The translations under genes were made by a program, and so were the position numbers. A stretch of DNA of 46,205 bases from Octopus sinensis (lineage: Eukaryota): the NCBI RefSeq assembly GCF_006345805.1, contig NW_021835029.1:1-46205 (forward strand), written 5' to 3'. Shown here piece by piece: positions 1-10,632 of this stretch. Position 1 is the first letter of the stretch. The number at the start of each line of letters is the position of its first letter. The notes beneath the pieces are model-generated. The model did not search any database, was not told the DNA's origin, and saw only the letters and a list, made by a program, of their open reading frames with translations.

Positions 1-380
1 TTGGAGGATTAAGTTCATTCTGTGGTCCTTTTTTAGCAGGGGAATGTTTTGAAGGATGGTGTCGAAGACTTCATTGTTGAGAGGGTTGTGTGTGGAGATG
101 TATGGTAGGGCTTTTGGTTGTAAATCCTTCTTTAATATGGGATGTTTCTGAGTTCGTGCATGATGAGTTGAAGGGCACGTTGAAGGCATATGTCAATTAG
201 TGAAGGTGGGTAGTTCCTGGGGATGAGTGTATCCTTTAGTTCATGTAACCCTGGGTCCCTATAGTACATATCCTTTTTGCTAGGTTGAAGGGAATGTTAA
301 TTCTGGTGTGTCTGGGGTAGCATGAGTTGAACGGTAGACATTGATTGGAGTCCGTAGGCTTATAGTATATATGGTTTCTA
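1..380 (-). mobile_element. Penelope-like element (PLE) reverse transcriptase C-terminal/thumb region, decayed (frameshifts)
   Basis: Minus-strand translation across frameshifts gives YKPTDSNQCLPFNSCYPRHTRINIPFNLAKRICTI, then LKDTLIPRNYPPSLID, then LPYISTHNPLNNEVFDTILQNIPLLKKDHRMNLIL. These are motifs typical of PLE RT domains. Runs off the window start. Confidence 0.8.
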
Positions 381-384
381 TTAC

Positions 385-592
385 AATATATATGTACATG
401 TATGTATATTATATATATTATAATATATATATATATAATATAATAATATTATATGTGTGTTGTGTGTGGTATATATACAAGCATATATTTACTTATATAT
501 TATATATATAATATAATATATACACGCACACACACATATATTTATATATTATATATAATAAACACACACACCACACATTATATATAATATTA

Positions 593-688
<96 letters not shown>

Positions 689-835
689 TAGATAGATAGA
701 TAGATAGATAGAGATAGATAATAGAGAGATAGAGAGATACATATCTATATAAATTATATATACATAAATATATATATAAATATATAATGTATATATAATA
801 TATGCATATGTAAATATTATATATACACATATATA
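385..835. repeat. Compound (TA)n/(GATA)n/(CA)n microsatellite
   Basis: Directly visible; explains ORFs 549..830 and 653..865. Confidence 0.95.
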
Positions 836-1185
836 TTTTTTCACACCACTCCTTGGACTTTTCACCCCCTCATCATGCTTTTCACCCTCTCCTAGGACTT
901 TTCACACCACGAATTGTTGGGCGAAAAACTTGAGGAGGTGAAAAGCCCGACTATGGGGGTATAAAGCTCGACGAGGGGGTGAAAATCCCGAGGAGGGGTA
1001 AAAAACCCGACTGGGGTGTGAAAACTCCAACAAGGGGTGAAAAGCCCGAGGAGGGGTGAAACGTCTGAGGCGGAGTGGCAAAAGCCCGATGAGGGGGCGA
1101 AAAGCCCGACTATGGGTGAAAAGCCCGAGCAGGGTGATGAACAGTCCGAGGAACGGGGTGAAATTCTCTAGTAGGATGTGAAATG
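836..1185. repeat. ~20-bp GC-rich minisatellite (ggggtgaaaagcccgagga) with an orientation switch near 910
   Basis: ~13 degenerate units in one orientation at 925-1185, and 3-4 reverse-complement units (cttttcacccc) at 836-908. Confidence 0.85.
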
Positions 1186-1201
1186 TTTGTGTATATGTTT
1201 T

Positions 1202-1515
1202 ATTAGTCAAATGAATCGACTCCTGTACTCAGTTTTAGTTAGGCCTAATACTTATTCAATTGACTCCTTTTGCCGATCCTCTAAGTTATGAGGACGTAAA
1301 CACTCCAACACCGGTTGTCAAGCGGTGTTAGAGACAAACAAACATACACACGCGTACACAGATAGACAGGCTCACACACACATATACAACGGGCTTCTTT
1401 CAGTTTCCGTCAACCATATTCACTCACAAGGCCTTTGTCGGCCCGAGGGTATAGTAGAAGACACTTGGCCAAAGTGCCAACAGTAGAACTTAACATACAT
1501 AGCCACGGCTGCGTC
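1202..1515 (-). mobile_element. tRNA-derived SINE family A, degenerate copy
   Basis: Matches the other family A copies in the window (cttctttcagtttccgtc, cactcacaagg, tatagtagaagacacttg). Confidence 0.75.
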
Positions 1516-2431
1516 AATTCTTACTACACTGCCATAAGTTGTAATAATGAAGTCAAACTAAACTGTGAGATCATTTAATATGCACATATCGGGTGTGCGT
1601 TATGTATAGTAGGAAATAGGTCAATTATGTAAACCTTCCTCAGTTATAGCAATTCAAAATGGTTTAGATTCCACTGATGCAGATATTCTACTAACGATTT
1701 GCGAAGGTTTGTTATATCTGTCTCGAGTCGAAAATTCAGGTACCATGCACCGCCTCTTAGCAAAACCATGAATAAAAATGTGTGTGTGTGGTGGTGTGTA
1801 TGTGTGTGATAATAAAAGTGCTGTAAGATACATGCAAATATATTATGTATATATGTGTGTATGTGTGTGTGTGTGTGTATGTGTGTGTGTGTGTGTTACA
1901 AAGTGCAGATATTACCCGAAATAGAACTCAAAACTTTGGGCAGAGAACATTAGAAATGGTGTATTATATCAAAATAATTTGGTAATAATATTTTAAACCC
2001 ATATGCAAACATGCACACACACAACACACACACACACATCCGCATACAGCAGATACATTCACACAAAGACACATGCACGCGTTCACATCTACAAACGCAT
2101 GATTCTGGTTTAATAAGCGCAAGCGCGCGAGTATGCATGCATATTAGATATATATTATTATATATATATATATATATATTAGATATATATTAATATATAT
2201 ATATATATATATATTAATGTAATTTATATATGTGTGATTGTTAAAAGATTTTGTGTGAGTGTAATGTATCTCAAAGATACATTACTGATGAGGCATCCGA
2301 GAGAATCTGCAAGATGTATCGCAAAACTATATATGTATATATATGTGTATGTTAATGTAAAATGCTGTTTTATTTATATTATATTATATATATATATATG
2401 ACTTTATTTAAAGCAGCAGAAAATTAAAACA

Positions 2432-2479
2432 AAACTGTTACTATTGAGTTTCACGTTGCCGCCGTTCGTCGGACAGTTT
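2432..2479 (-). ncRNA. Minimal type I hammerhead ribozyme motif (U4C core variant)
   Basis: Minus strand reads aaactgt-CCGACGA-acg(gcggcaa)cgt-GAAA-ct(caat)ag-TA-acagttt: 7-bp stem I, 3-bp stem II, short stem III, GUA cleavage triplet. Confidence 0.65.
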
Positions 2480-2604
2480 ATATATACAGACACATGTATA
2501 CATATACATATGTGTGTGTATATATACATATACATTGGTGTATGTATGTATGTGTGTATATATATATATATATAATATATATATATATGTATGTAGATAT
2601 TGGT

Positions 2605-2960
2605 GGAGGCGCAATGGACCCGTGGTTAGGGCAGCGGACTGGCGATCGTACGTTTACGGTTTTGATTCCCAGACCGGCCTTTGTGAGTGTTTATTGAACG
2701 AAAACACCTAATGTTTCCACGAGACTCCGACATGGGGTGGTTGCGAACCCTGCTGTACTCTTTCCCCACAACTTTCTCTCACTCTTTGTGTTGTACCTGC
2801 ATTTGAAAGGGCCAGCCTTGTCACACTCTGTGTCACGCTGAATCTCCCCGAGAACTACGTCAATGGCACACGTGTCTGTAGAGTACTCAGCCACTTGAGC
2901 GTTAATTTCACGAAGAGGCTGTTCCGTTGATCGGATCAACTGGGACCGACGGAGTACCAC
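2605..2960 (+). mobile_element. tRNA-derived SINE family C
   Basis: tRNA-like head ggaggcgcaatggacccgtggttagggcagcggact...ggttttgattccc with A/B-box-like motifs, followed by a ~280-bp body ending in (TG)n. Confidence 0.65.
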
Positions 2961-3035
2961 GATGGTGTGTGTGTGCGTGCGTGAGTGTGTGTGTGCGTGC
3001 GTGCGCGTGTGTGTGTATATATACATATACATGTA

Positions 3036-3445
3036 GGCGTAGGAGTGGCTGTGTGGTAAGTAGCTTGCTTGCGAACCACATGGATCCGGGTTCAGTCCCA
3101 CTGCGTGGCACCTTGGGCAAGTGTCTTCTACTATAGCCTCGGGCCGACCAAAGCCTTGTGAGTGGATTTGGTAGACGGAAACTGAAAGAAGCCCGTCATA
3201 TATATGTATATGTATGTGTGTGTATATGTTTGTGTGTCTGTGTTTATCCTCCCAACGTCGCTTGACAACCGAAGCTGGTGTGTTTACGTCCCCGTAACTT
3301 AGCGGTTCGGCAAAAGAGACCGAAAGAATAAGTACTAGGTTTACAAAGAATAAGTCCTGGGGTCGATTTGCTCAACTAAAGGCGGTGCTCCAGCATGGCC
3401 ACAGTGAAATGATTGAAACAAATGAAAGTAAAGAGTAAAAGAGTA
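3036..3445 (+). mobile_element. tRNA-derived SINE family A, full length
   Basis: Head ggcgtaggagtggctgtgtggtaag (A box) ... gggttcagtccc (B box); CORE-like ccttgggcaagtg; internal TA/TG microsatellite; tail gtaaaagagta. Confidence 0.9.
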
Positions 3446-3446
3446 T

Positions 3447-3515
<69 letters not shown>

Positions 3516-3516
<1 letters not shown>

Positions 3517-3800
3517 CTAAAGGATTAAAATTAGTCAAAGGGCATACTAGGTATGTATCTACCTGCTGGAAATAAGTCAAAACCCTTATTTAAATCGCCG
3601 AAATACACTGATAATTACTACAGAAATCAACCGTGCGAAGGCAAACGGGCCATGGCAATCACTAAGCATACATTCAAGTATTTGGACTCACGTGGACCGG
3701 TTTCTGGACAGGCATTATAGCCTCACTTTCCTCAGCACGCGTTACCATGATAGAGAGACCCAACCCGTCGTGTTGAAGTCTTCTCAAAACGAATCGGAAT
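3516..3800 (-). mobile_element. ~285-bp non-coding element embedded between (TA)n tracts, carrying a decayed minimal hammerhead
   Basis: Minus strand 3743->3689 reads cgcgtg-CTGAGGA-aagtg aggc(tataat)gcct gtcca-GAAA-ccgg-TC-cacgtg. The palindromic stem III (accggt) is typical of PLE hammerheads; the base of stem II is mismatched. Confidence 0.5.
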
Positions 3801-3820
3801 ATATATATTTATTTTTTAAA

Positions 3821-4052
3821 TTTGTTTCAGTCAGTTGATTGCGGCCACGCTGGGGCCACGCCATTAGTCGAGCAAAGCAACCCCAGGACTTATTCTTTGT
3901 TATCCTAGAATTTATTCTATTTGTTTCTTTTACCGAACCGCTAAGTTACGGGGGCGTAAGTACACCAGCATCGGTTGTCAAGCGATGTTGGGGGGGGTGG
4001 ACAAACACAGACGCACAAACATATACATATATACACACACACACATATATAT

Positions 4053-4130
<78 letters not shown>

Positions 4131-4774
4131 TATATATATACATATATGTAATATATATACATATTATATATATATATAATAAAATATTAGGGAGTAAATT
4201 CAAACTTACAGGGAAAAATTAGTTTAGGATTAAATCTAATTTTATAGTATAAATATATATTATATAAAATTAGAGATAAAACCACTATTAGGCAAATCAA
4301 ACAGTGAAAATCATAATCCAATACATAGAAATAAAATTAATTAAAAAATTAAAAAATAAAAATATAAAATATAAAAATCCAATTAAAATATTTAAATAAA
4401 AGTTAAAATTTTAAAAAATTATTTAAATTAATAAATTAAACTTATAAATTTTAAATTTATTATTTATTTATTTATTATTATTTTATTTATTTATTTATTA
4501 TTATTTTTTTTAATTTTAAACTATCAAAAAGTATTAAAAGCTTAATATAAGATAAAGAGTAAATAAATAAATAAATAAAAAAATAAAATAATAATAAAAA
4601 AAAATATTTTTATAAGTTTAATTTATTAATTTAAATAATATAAAAAGATTTTTACTTAAATTTAAATATTTTTAATTGGATTTTATATTTTATTTTTATA
4701 TTTTTTATATTTTATGTATTGGATTATGATTTTCCGTTTTGATTTGCCTAATAGTGGTTTTATCTCTAATTTAA

Positions 4775-4814
<40 letters not shown>

Positions 4815-4854
4815 TAATATATATATATTATATATATGTATATATATGTATTTA

Positions 4855-4901
<47 letters not shown>

Positions 4902-5076
4902 ATATATACACGACGGGTTTCTTTCAGTTTCTGTCTACCAAATCCACTCACAAGGCTCTCTACTATAGCCTCGGCCCAAGGCTATAGCAGAAGACACTTG
5001 CCCAAGGTGCCACGCAGTGGGACTAAACCCGGAACCATGTGGTTGGTAAGCAAGTTTCTTACCATACAGCCACTCC
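3821..5076 (-). mobile_element. SINE family A split by an insertion in its internal (TA)n
   Basis: 3' half at 3821-4030, 5' half at 4910-5076 (ends ...accatacagccactcc), separated by (TA)n plus a ~600-bp AT-rich insert. Confidence 0.8.
4265..4775. repeat. ~510-bp imperfect AT-rich palindrome
   Basis: aaattagagataaaaccactattaggcaaatcaaa (from 4267) is mirrored by tttgatttgcctaatagtggttttatctctaattt (to ~4772). Inner arms also mirror (aaaatccaattaaaa/ttttaattggatttt; aataaattaaacttataaa/tttataagtttaatttatt). Confidence 0.85.
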
Positions 5077-5344
5077 ACATTATATATATATATATATAGT
5101 ATATATAACCTTGTGTATATTTCTGTAGGCGTGTGTGCGTGTATACGTGTGTTAGTGTATGTACGTGCCTTTGCCAGAGCGGGTGACCGGGGACCGAATC
5201 CTCAAATCTTTGCCACTGCACTTTACTTGCTAACATTTTCTTATCAAAATACGAAATGAGATTTCAGATAAATTCGTTCAGGTTTCTCTGTTTACGTCGT
5301 TTATTTGCTTTGGATTCTTCCCTTACGTCTGCCAAAACGCATCA

Positions 5345-5655
5345 CATGTACAGGCACACAGACATATAAGTATGTTTGTGTGTGAGTGTGTGCGTGTGGG
5401 GCGTGTATGGGTGTGTGTGTGAGTGTTTGTGTCCGTATGTGTGTGCGTGTGCATCTGTGTGTGTGCGTGCACGCGTGCATGTGTGTGTGTGTGTGTGTGT
5501 GCACGCGTATGTGTATGTGTGTGTGTGCACGCGCGTGTATGTGTATGCGTGTGTGTGCACGCGTTTGTATGTGTGTGTGTGCGTGTATGTGTCTACATGC
5601 GCGCGCACGTGTGTGTATGTGTGTGCGTGCATGCGTGTGCGTGTGTGTGTGTGTG

Positions 5656-5724
<69 letters not shown>

Positions 5725-5730
5725 TGTGTA
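5345..5730. repeat. Degenerate (TG)n microsatellite
   Basis: Directly visible; source of the Cys-Val and His-Thr ORFs. Confidence 0.95.
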
Positions 5731-5879
5731 CATAAATACATTCAGACATATTCTTTTATTTCATAATTCTTTGGGGTGTTTGAGTCATTGGACTGCGGCC
5801 ATTTCAATCGCTTGACCGAGCCTGAACCGGGGGCGTTTTTCAGAGGAGCCTGTGAAATTTTGAGTATTCTATTCTTATG

Positions 5880-6260
5880 TTCTTTTATTTGCTTCAGTCA
5901 TTTTAACTGCGGCCATGCTGGAGCACCGTCTCTAAACGAACAAATCGACCCCAGGACTTATTCTTTCTAAGCCTAATACTTGTTCTGTCGGTCATTCATT
6001 GCCGAAACTCTAAGTGACGGAGTGGGGGGAGGCAAACACAGACACACAAACATTGATATATACATACATACATACACTCACACACATATATATATATACA
6101 TATATACGACGAGCTTCTTTCAGTTTCCGTCTGCCAAATCCACTCACAAGTCTTTGGTGGGCCCGATGTTATAGTAGAAGGCATTTGCCCAAGGTTCCAT
6201 GCAGTGGGACTGAACCCGGAACCATGTGGTTGGTTAGCAAGCTACTTACCACACAGCCAC
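5880..6260 (-). mobile_element. SINE family A, near full length
   Basis: Reverse complement of the family A sequence, ending ...ctacttaccacacagccac. Confidence 0.85.
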
Positions 6261-6543
6261 TGTATATATAGTTACTCATATGTTTACACACGTAGGTTTA
6301 CGTATATATACCTGCATACAAAAACACACACATACGCACTCATATATATATCTCACACATATATATACACACATGTATATATGTGTGTGTGTTTGTACGA
6401 TTATACATATACACATACATACACACACACACTCAGGCACAGATACACACGCACACACATATTTTATGTGTATTCTGTATGTTAGCTAAAATTTGATATA
6501 ATTCATCGAATCGAATCACACACATACACACATACAAAGACAT

Positions 6544-6885
6544 ATTCTTTTCTACTCTAGGCGCATAGCCCGAAATTTTGGGGGAGGGGCCAGTCGATTA
6601 GATCGACCCCAGTATGCAATTGATGTTTAATTTATCGACCCCGAAAGGATAAAAGGCGAAGTCGACCTTGGTGGAATTTGAACTCAGAACGTAAAGACGG
6701 ATGAAATACCTATTTCTTTATTACCACAAGGGGCTAAACACAGAGGGACAAACAAGGACAGACATAGGTATTAAGTCGATTACATCGTCCCCAGTGCGAA
6801 ACTGGTACTTTATTTATCGACCCCGAAAGGATGAAAGGCAAAGTCGCATCGCCATGCGTGCTAACGTTTCTGCCATCTCGCCGCC
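6544..6885 (-). mobile_element. tRNA-derived SINE family B, dimeric form
   Basis: Minus strand: head ggcggcgagatggcagaaacgttagc; body cctttcatcctttcggggtcgataaa present twice; B box gagttcaaattcc; tail cctagagtagaaaagaat. Confidence 0.8.
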
Positions 6886-7035
6886 CTACATACCAAGACA
6901 TATCGTCTCTCAATATCTGTGCATCTACACGTTCATAAATGCGTATTCCTGCAGATTCATGTTGCTTTTCTTCTTTAAAAGAAGTTATTTGATGTCTTTT
7001 ATAAAAAAGGAACTGGTTCCTAAGAAAAATACGCT

Positions 7036-7885
7036 TGCTGAAGATAAGTTTAATTTGATCGACTTTGCAAAAGAGGATACCCACAAACTACCATATGCCC
7101 TTCCCTCGGGCGATTCCTTATTGTCATCCAGCAACACCAGAGACCTTGGAGTAATTGTTGATAACAATCTAAGCTGGAGTTCCCACATAAACAGCAAGGT
7201 TGACTTGGCCCGCAAGATGTGCTCCTGGATTCTGAGAACTTTCTGGTCTAGAGATGCCCACATCATCATCCTTCTCTACTCTACTTTTGCCCGAACCCAC
7301 TTTGAATACTGTTGCCCATTGTGGTCCCCTCATACGAAGCAACTCATTGTGAAAAAAGGAAGCACCCCAAAGGTCGATAACAAGAAAGATAGACAGCATG
7401 AGAGGCATTGATTATTGGGGTCGACTAAAAAACTCAATCTCTACTCTCTCCAGTACCACCAGGAGCAGTACATCATTTGTGTGATGTGGAAGATAACCCA
7501 TCAATATTGCACAAATGATATTGGCATCAATTTTAAAATCACCCAAAAGTCGGCCCCCGTGCTATCCGCCCATTACAAAAATCGAAGTCAGGATACATAG
7601 CAACATTACGTCACAACTACTTTACCTCAACCGGTCCAGCTCTCTTTAATACCATACCAAAATACGCCAAAACGGAAACGGATCCCATAAAATTCAAACG
7701 TTCATTGGTCAAATTTCGTTAAAAAGTCCCGGAACAACCTCCTCCACCCGGATATGTCTCCGACAATAATAACCTTTTGCTAGAGTGGGCCATGGTGCCC
7801 TATATATGACTAAAAGACTTCCCCAGGCTGTGCTATTAAGTTAGACATGGCATGGGCCTATACTGGCCGAAACCTATCAAAGTTA
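7036..7885 (+). mobile_element. CR1/L2-group LINE 3' end (RT C-terminus and 3' UTR), decayed
   Basis: RDLGVIVDNNLSWSSHIN...LLYSTFARTHFEYCCPLWSPH, continuing after a frameshift as LKKLNLYSLQ...; ends at (TA)n. ORF 6701..7411 is a SINE/LINE chimera. Confidence 0.85.
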
Positions 7886-7896
7886 TATATATATAT

Positions 7897-8312
7897 AGCA
7901 GAATTAGAGAAGAAATTCCAGGTATTGAAATAAAACCTGGAATCAAAGGGCCTCAAAGTTAACCTAGCTAAGACAAAAGTAGTAGTTAGTAAGAAAGAAG
8001 ACAAAACTTTCTTTCCATTCGCTGCACCCAGTGTAAACTATGGACACATAAGAGGTGTAGTGATATCACATGTAGATTAACAGGTAGAGTAGTCTTTATA
8101 TGTGGTAGATGTGCAGGAAGAATAAGCACCAAGAGCAGAGTGGGCTTAGATTCTCTCAAATGCCCAGGAGGCTCTCTTGAGGTTGTAAATAGTTTCTGTT
8201 ACCTTGGTGACCAACTTAGCAATGGTGGAAGATGCTCTGAAAGTATTGTTTCTAGAATAAGATTAGAGTGGAGAAAGTTCAGAGAACTATTACCTCTGTT
8301 GGCAACAAAAGG

Positions 8313-8348
<36 letters not shown>

Positions 8349-8525
8349 AAAGGTAGACTGTATGATGCTTGTGTGCGAATGGCTATACTCCATGTCAGTG
8401 AGACATGGGCTCTGAATGCTGAAGACATGCATAGACTGGAGAGAAACGAAGGAAGTATGCTCCGTTGCATGTGCAACATCAGTGCACATGTACGACAAAG
8501 TGCAGATGTATTGAGAGAAAAGTTC
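7897..8525 (+). mobile_element. RTE-clade LINE ORF2 fragment with an embedded PHD-like zinc finger
   Basis: LESKGLKVNLAKTKV, then CTQCKLWTHKRC...CGRC, then LEVVNSFCYLGDQLSNGG...RIRLEWRKFRELLPLL, then KGRLYDACVR...SETWAL; interrupted by (CT)n. Confidence 0.85.
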
Positions 8526-9419
8526 TTGGGAAAACCCTCCCACGTCAGTGAAACTGAGTTCTAGAAGCGCTGTGTGTCCCACCCACACTTAACAAAAAAA
8601 CTTCGCATACATTCTACCAAAACGAACTACACCCCTTCTCTTCCTCACATTTCCGCTTTATGCACTATGATTACCTCCGCTCACCAATCTAGTCCACTTG
8701 GCCCAGTGCCACTGTATCTTTGCTCTCTGCTTACCTCCGACCAGTAGGTTTTACCCACATGCCTTGCCTCATTCTATTATTGCCATCTGCTAGCCACCGA
8801 CCTGGGTGTTGCACCCAAACGTAACAAGAAAAATTTTCCCTCACATCATCCCAACAAACCAATCTACATCTCTTCACTTTCTCGCATTTCCTACTTCATT
8901 CACTATACTTAGCTCTCACTCCCCAATCTTGTCCTCACACCCCTGTTCTTCTGTATCATTGCTATCCAGTAGCCCCTCCAACTCTATATATACCCAGGTC
9001 TTTCGCCACTTACTCGCACTCTTTAATCGCGCTCCCTTTGCAGTATCCTGTCACTTATAACATTTGAACATCAAAGGTATGCCTTGGCACTTGCCACTTT
9101 CTATATCTTTCTCTTTTCCTCTACTCAACCATCTCATTTATACTCTGATCCCCGTTCCTTGTGAGTATGACCGGCATTTTGCCACCATCTTCCCCCTCAG
9201 GTCTCCCACTCTGTCTCTCTCTAACTCTCACTCTCTCTCTCCCCCCTCTCTCTCTCCCCTTCTCTTGCACTTCCCTCAGGTTGGGCAACCGTGTATTTTC
9301 TTTGCGGTAGCACACCTGTTTCTGTCTTTATTCCTGGTCTTTCTCTCTCCGGCCAGGTAACCTCTACAGCAAGACACCTGTATTTGTCTCACTATAACCT
9401 TTTCATCATCATCTCCTGC

Positions 9420-9757
9420 TCCAATGCCTCCCACCTCTTAAAAGTTTTTGTCTTGCAAGTACTTGGTGAACCTGTCAGTGCAGGTGTCACTTAAAAAGCG
9501 TCCAGTCCATACTGTGAAGTGGTTGGTGTTCGGAAGGGCATCCAACTGTAAAAACTTTGTCAAAACTGACCTCACCTGTGCTTGTGCCACATAAAAAGCA
9601 CGAAGTCCACTCTGCTGAGTGGTTGGTGTTAGGAAAGGCATCCAGCTGTAAATATACTGCCAAAACAGTCACAGAACTCTGGTGCAGGCTTCGGCCTGGC
9701 CGGCCCTTGTGGTACCGTCCTTGTGGTACGTTAAATGGTGATGGTGATGATGATGAT
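9420..9757 (+). mobile_element. RTE-like LINE 3' UTR with internal tandem duplication and (GAT)n tail
   Basis: gtggttggtgtt(c/a)ggaa(g/a)ggcatcca(a/g)ctgtaaa occurs twice ~100 bp apart; ends cgttaaatggtgatggtgatgatgatgat. Confidence 0.55.
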
Positions 9758-9775
9758 ATATATGTGTGTGTGTGT

Positions 9776-9816
<41 letters not shown>

Positions 9817-9825
9817 GTGTGTGTG

Positions 9826-10020
9826 TTTGCGCCTGTGTTTGTCCGCACCACCATCACATGACAACTGGTGTTGGTGTGATTACGTTCCCGTAACTTAGCA
9901 ATTCGGCAAAAGAGCCTGCCGGAATAAGCACCAGGCTTAAAAGAAAAAAAACAGGTACTGGTTCGATTGATTAGACTAAACATTCTTCAAGTCGGTGCCC
10001 CAGCATGGTCGCAGTCTGAG
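9826..10020 (+). mobile_element. SINE family A, 3' half
   Basis: ccgtaacttagcaattcggcaaaagag...ggtgccccagcatggtcgcagtc. Confidence 0.7.
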
Positions 10021-10109
10021 ACTTAAAAATAAATAAATGATTAAGGAATAGTATTACCTGATCACTTCCTATGCCTGAAGAGCCCAGCTTTTCGAAACTG
10101 ATATTTTGA

Positions 10110-10370
10110 CATTTAATAAATGCACCAATAGTTATTGCAAACATAATTGAGGATCTATAAACTGTACAGAGAACCTCTTGGTTTCGAAATCGCTGTCTCG
10201 ACTGGTTTCTCTTCTTGACTGGTTTCCAACGTAATCCACATATCTCTATACACTCTGTACCATAACTGTTCGTGATGTGCTGGGTTTTTTTCTGTTGCAG
10301 AAAACTATATCGGGTTTGTTATGTTTGCACTTGGTAGAAGTTTTTATGGGAATGTTCCACCAATATCACT
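10110..10370 (-). mobile_element. Restriction-like-endonuclease (RLE) domain fragment of a non-LTR retrotransposon
   Basis: Minus strand YWWNIPIKTSTKCKHNKPDIVFCNRKK, and downstream FAITIGAF, resembling the PD..D/ExK RLE region of R2/R4/NeSL-type elements. Confidence 0.55.
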
Positions 10371-10598
10371 AAAGCGATACGTAGTTTCTCAAAATCAGGG
10401 GATATTTCATACATACACACGTAGACACACACACACACACCACACGCATATACCTGAAAAACCAGACACTAAAGAGTCAAAATGAAAATGAGACTCCCTT
10501 ATGTATGTGTGTGTGTGTGTGTGTGTGTTTGTGTGTGTGTGTAAACATGTATGTATGTATGAATATGAATATGAGTATATAGATATATACACACATAA

Positions 10599-10632
<34 letters not shown>

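Noticed and set aside
2255-2325. gtaatgtatc/gatacattac hairpin followed by CTGATGAG as a type III hammerhead
   Set aside because: GAAA is replaced by GAGA, the triplet is GTG, and no stem III partner exists; at best a relic.
3036-3110. SINE heads as tRNA genes
   Set aside because: A/B boxes are present but there is no complete cloverleaf, and each continues into a SINE body.
6701-7411. 236-aa ORF as a gene
   Set aside because: Chance fusion of SINE B antisense sequence to a CR1-like RT fragment.
8560-9070. Pyrimidine-rich stretch whose minus strand faintly resembles a LINE ORF1 esterase (RDVDWFVGM)
   Set aside because: Many stops and no intact GDS or GxND motif; similarity too weak to support.
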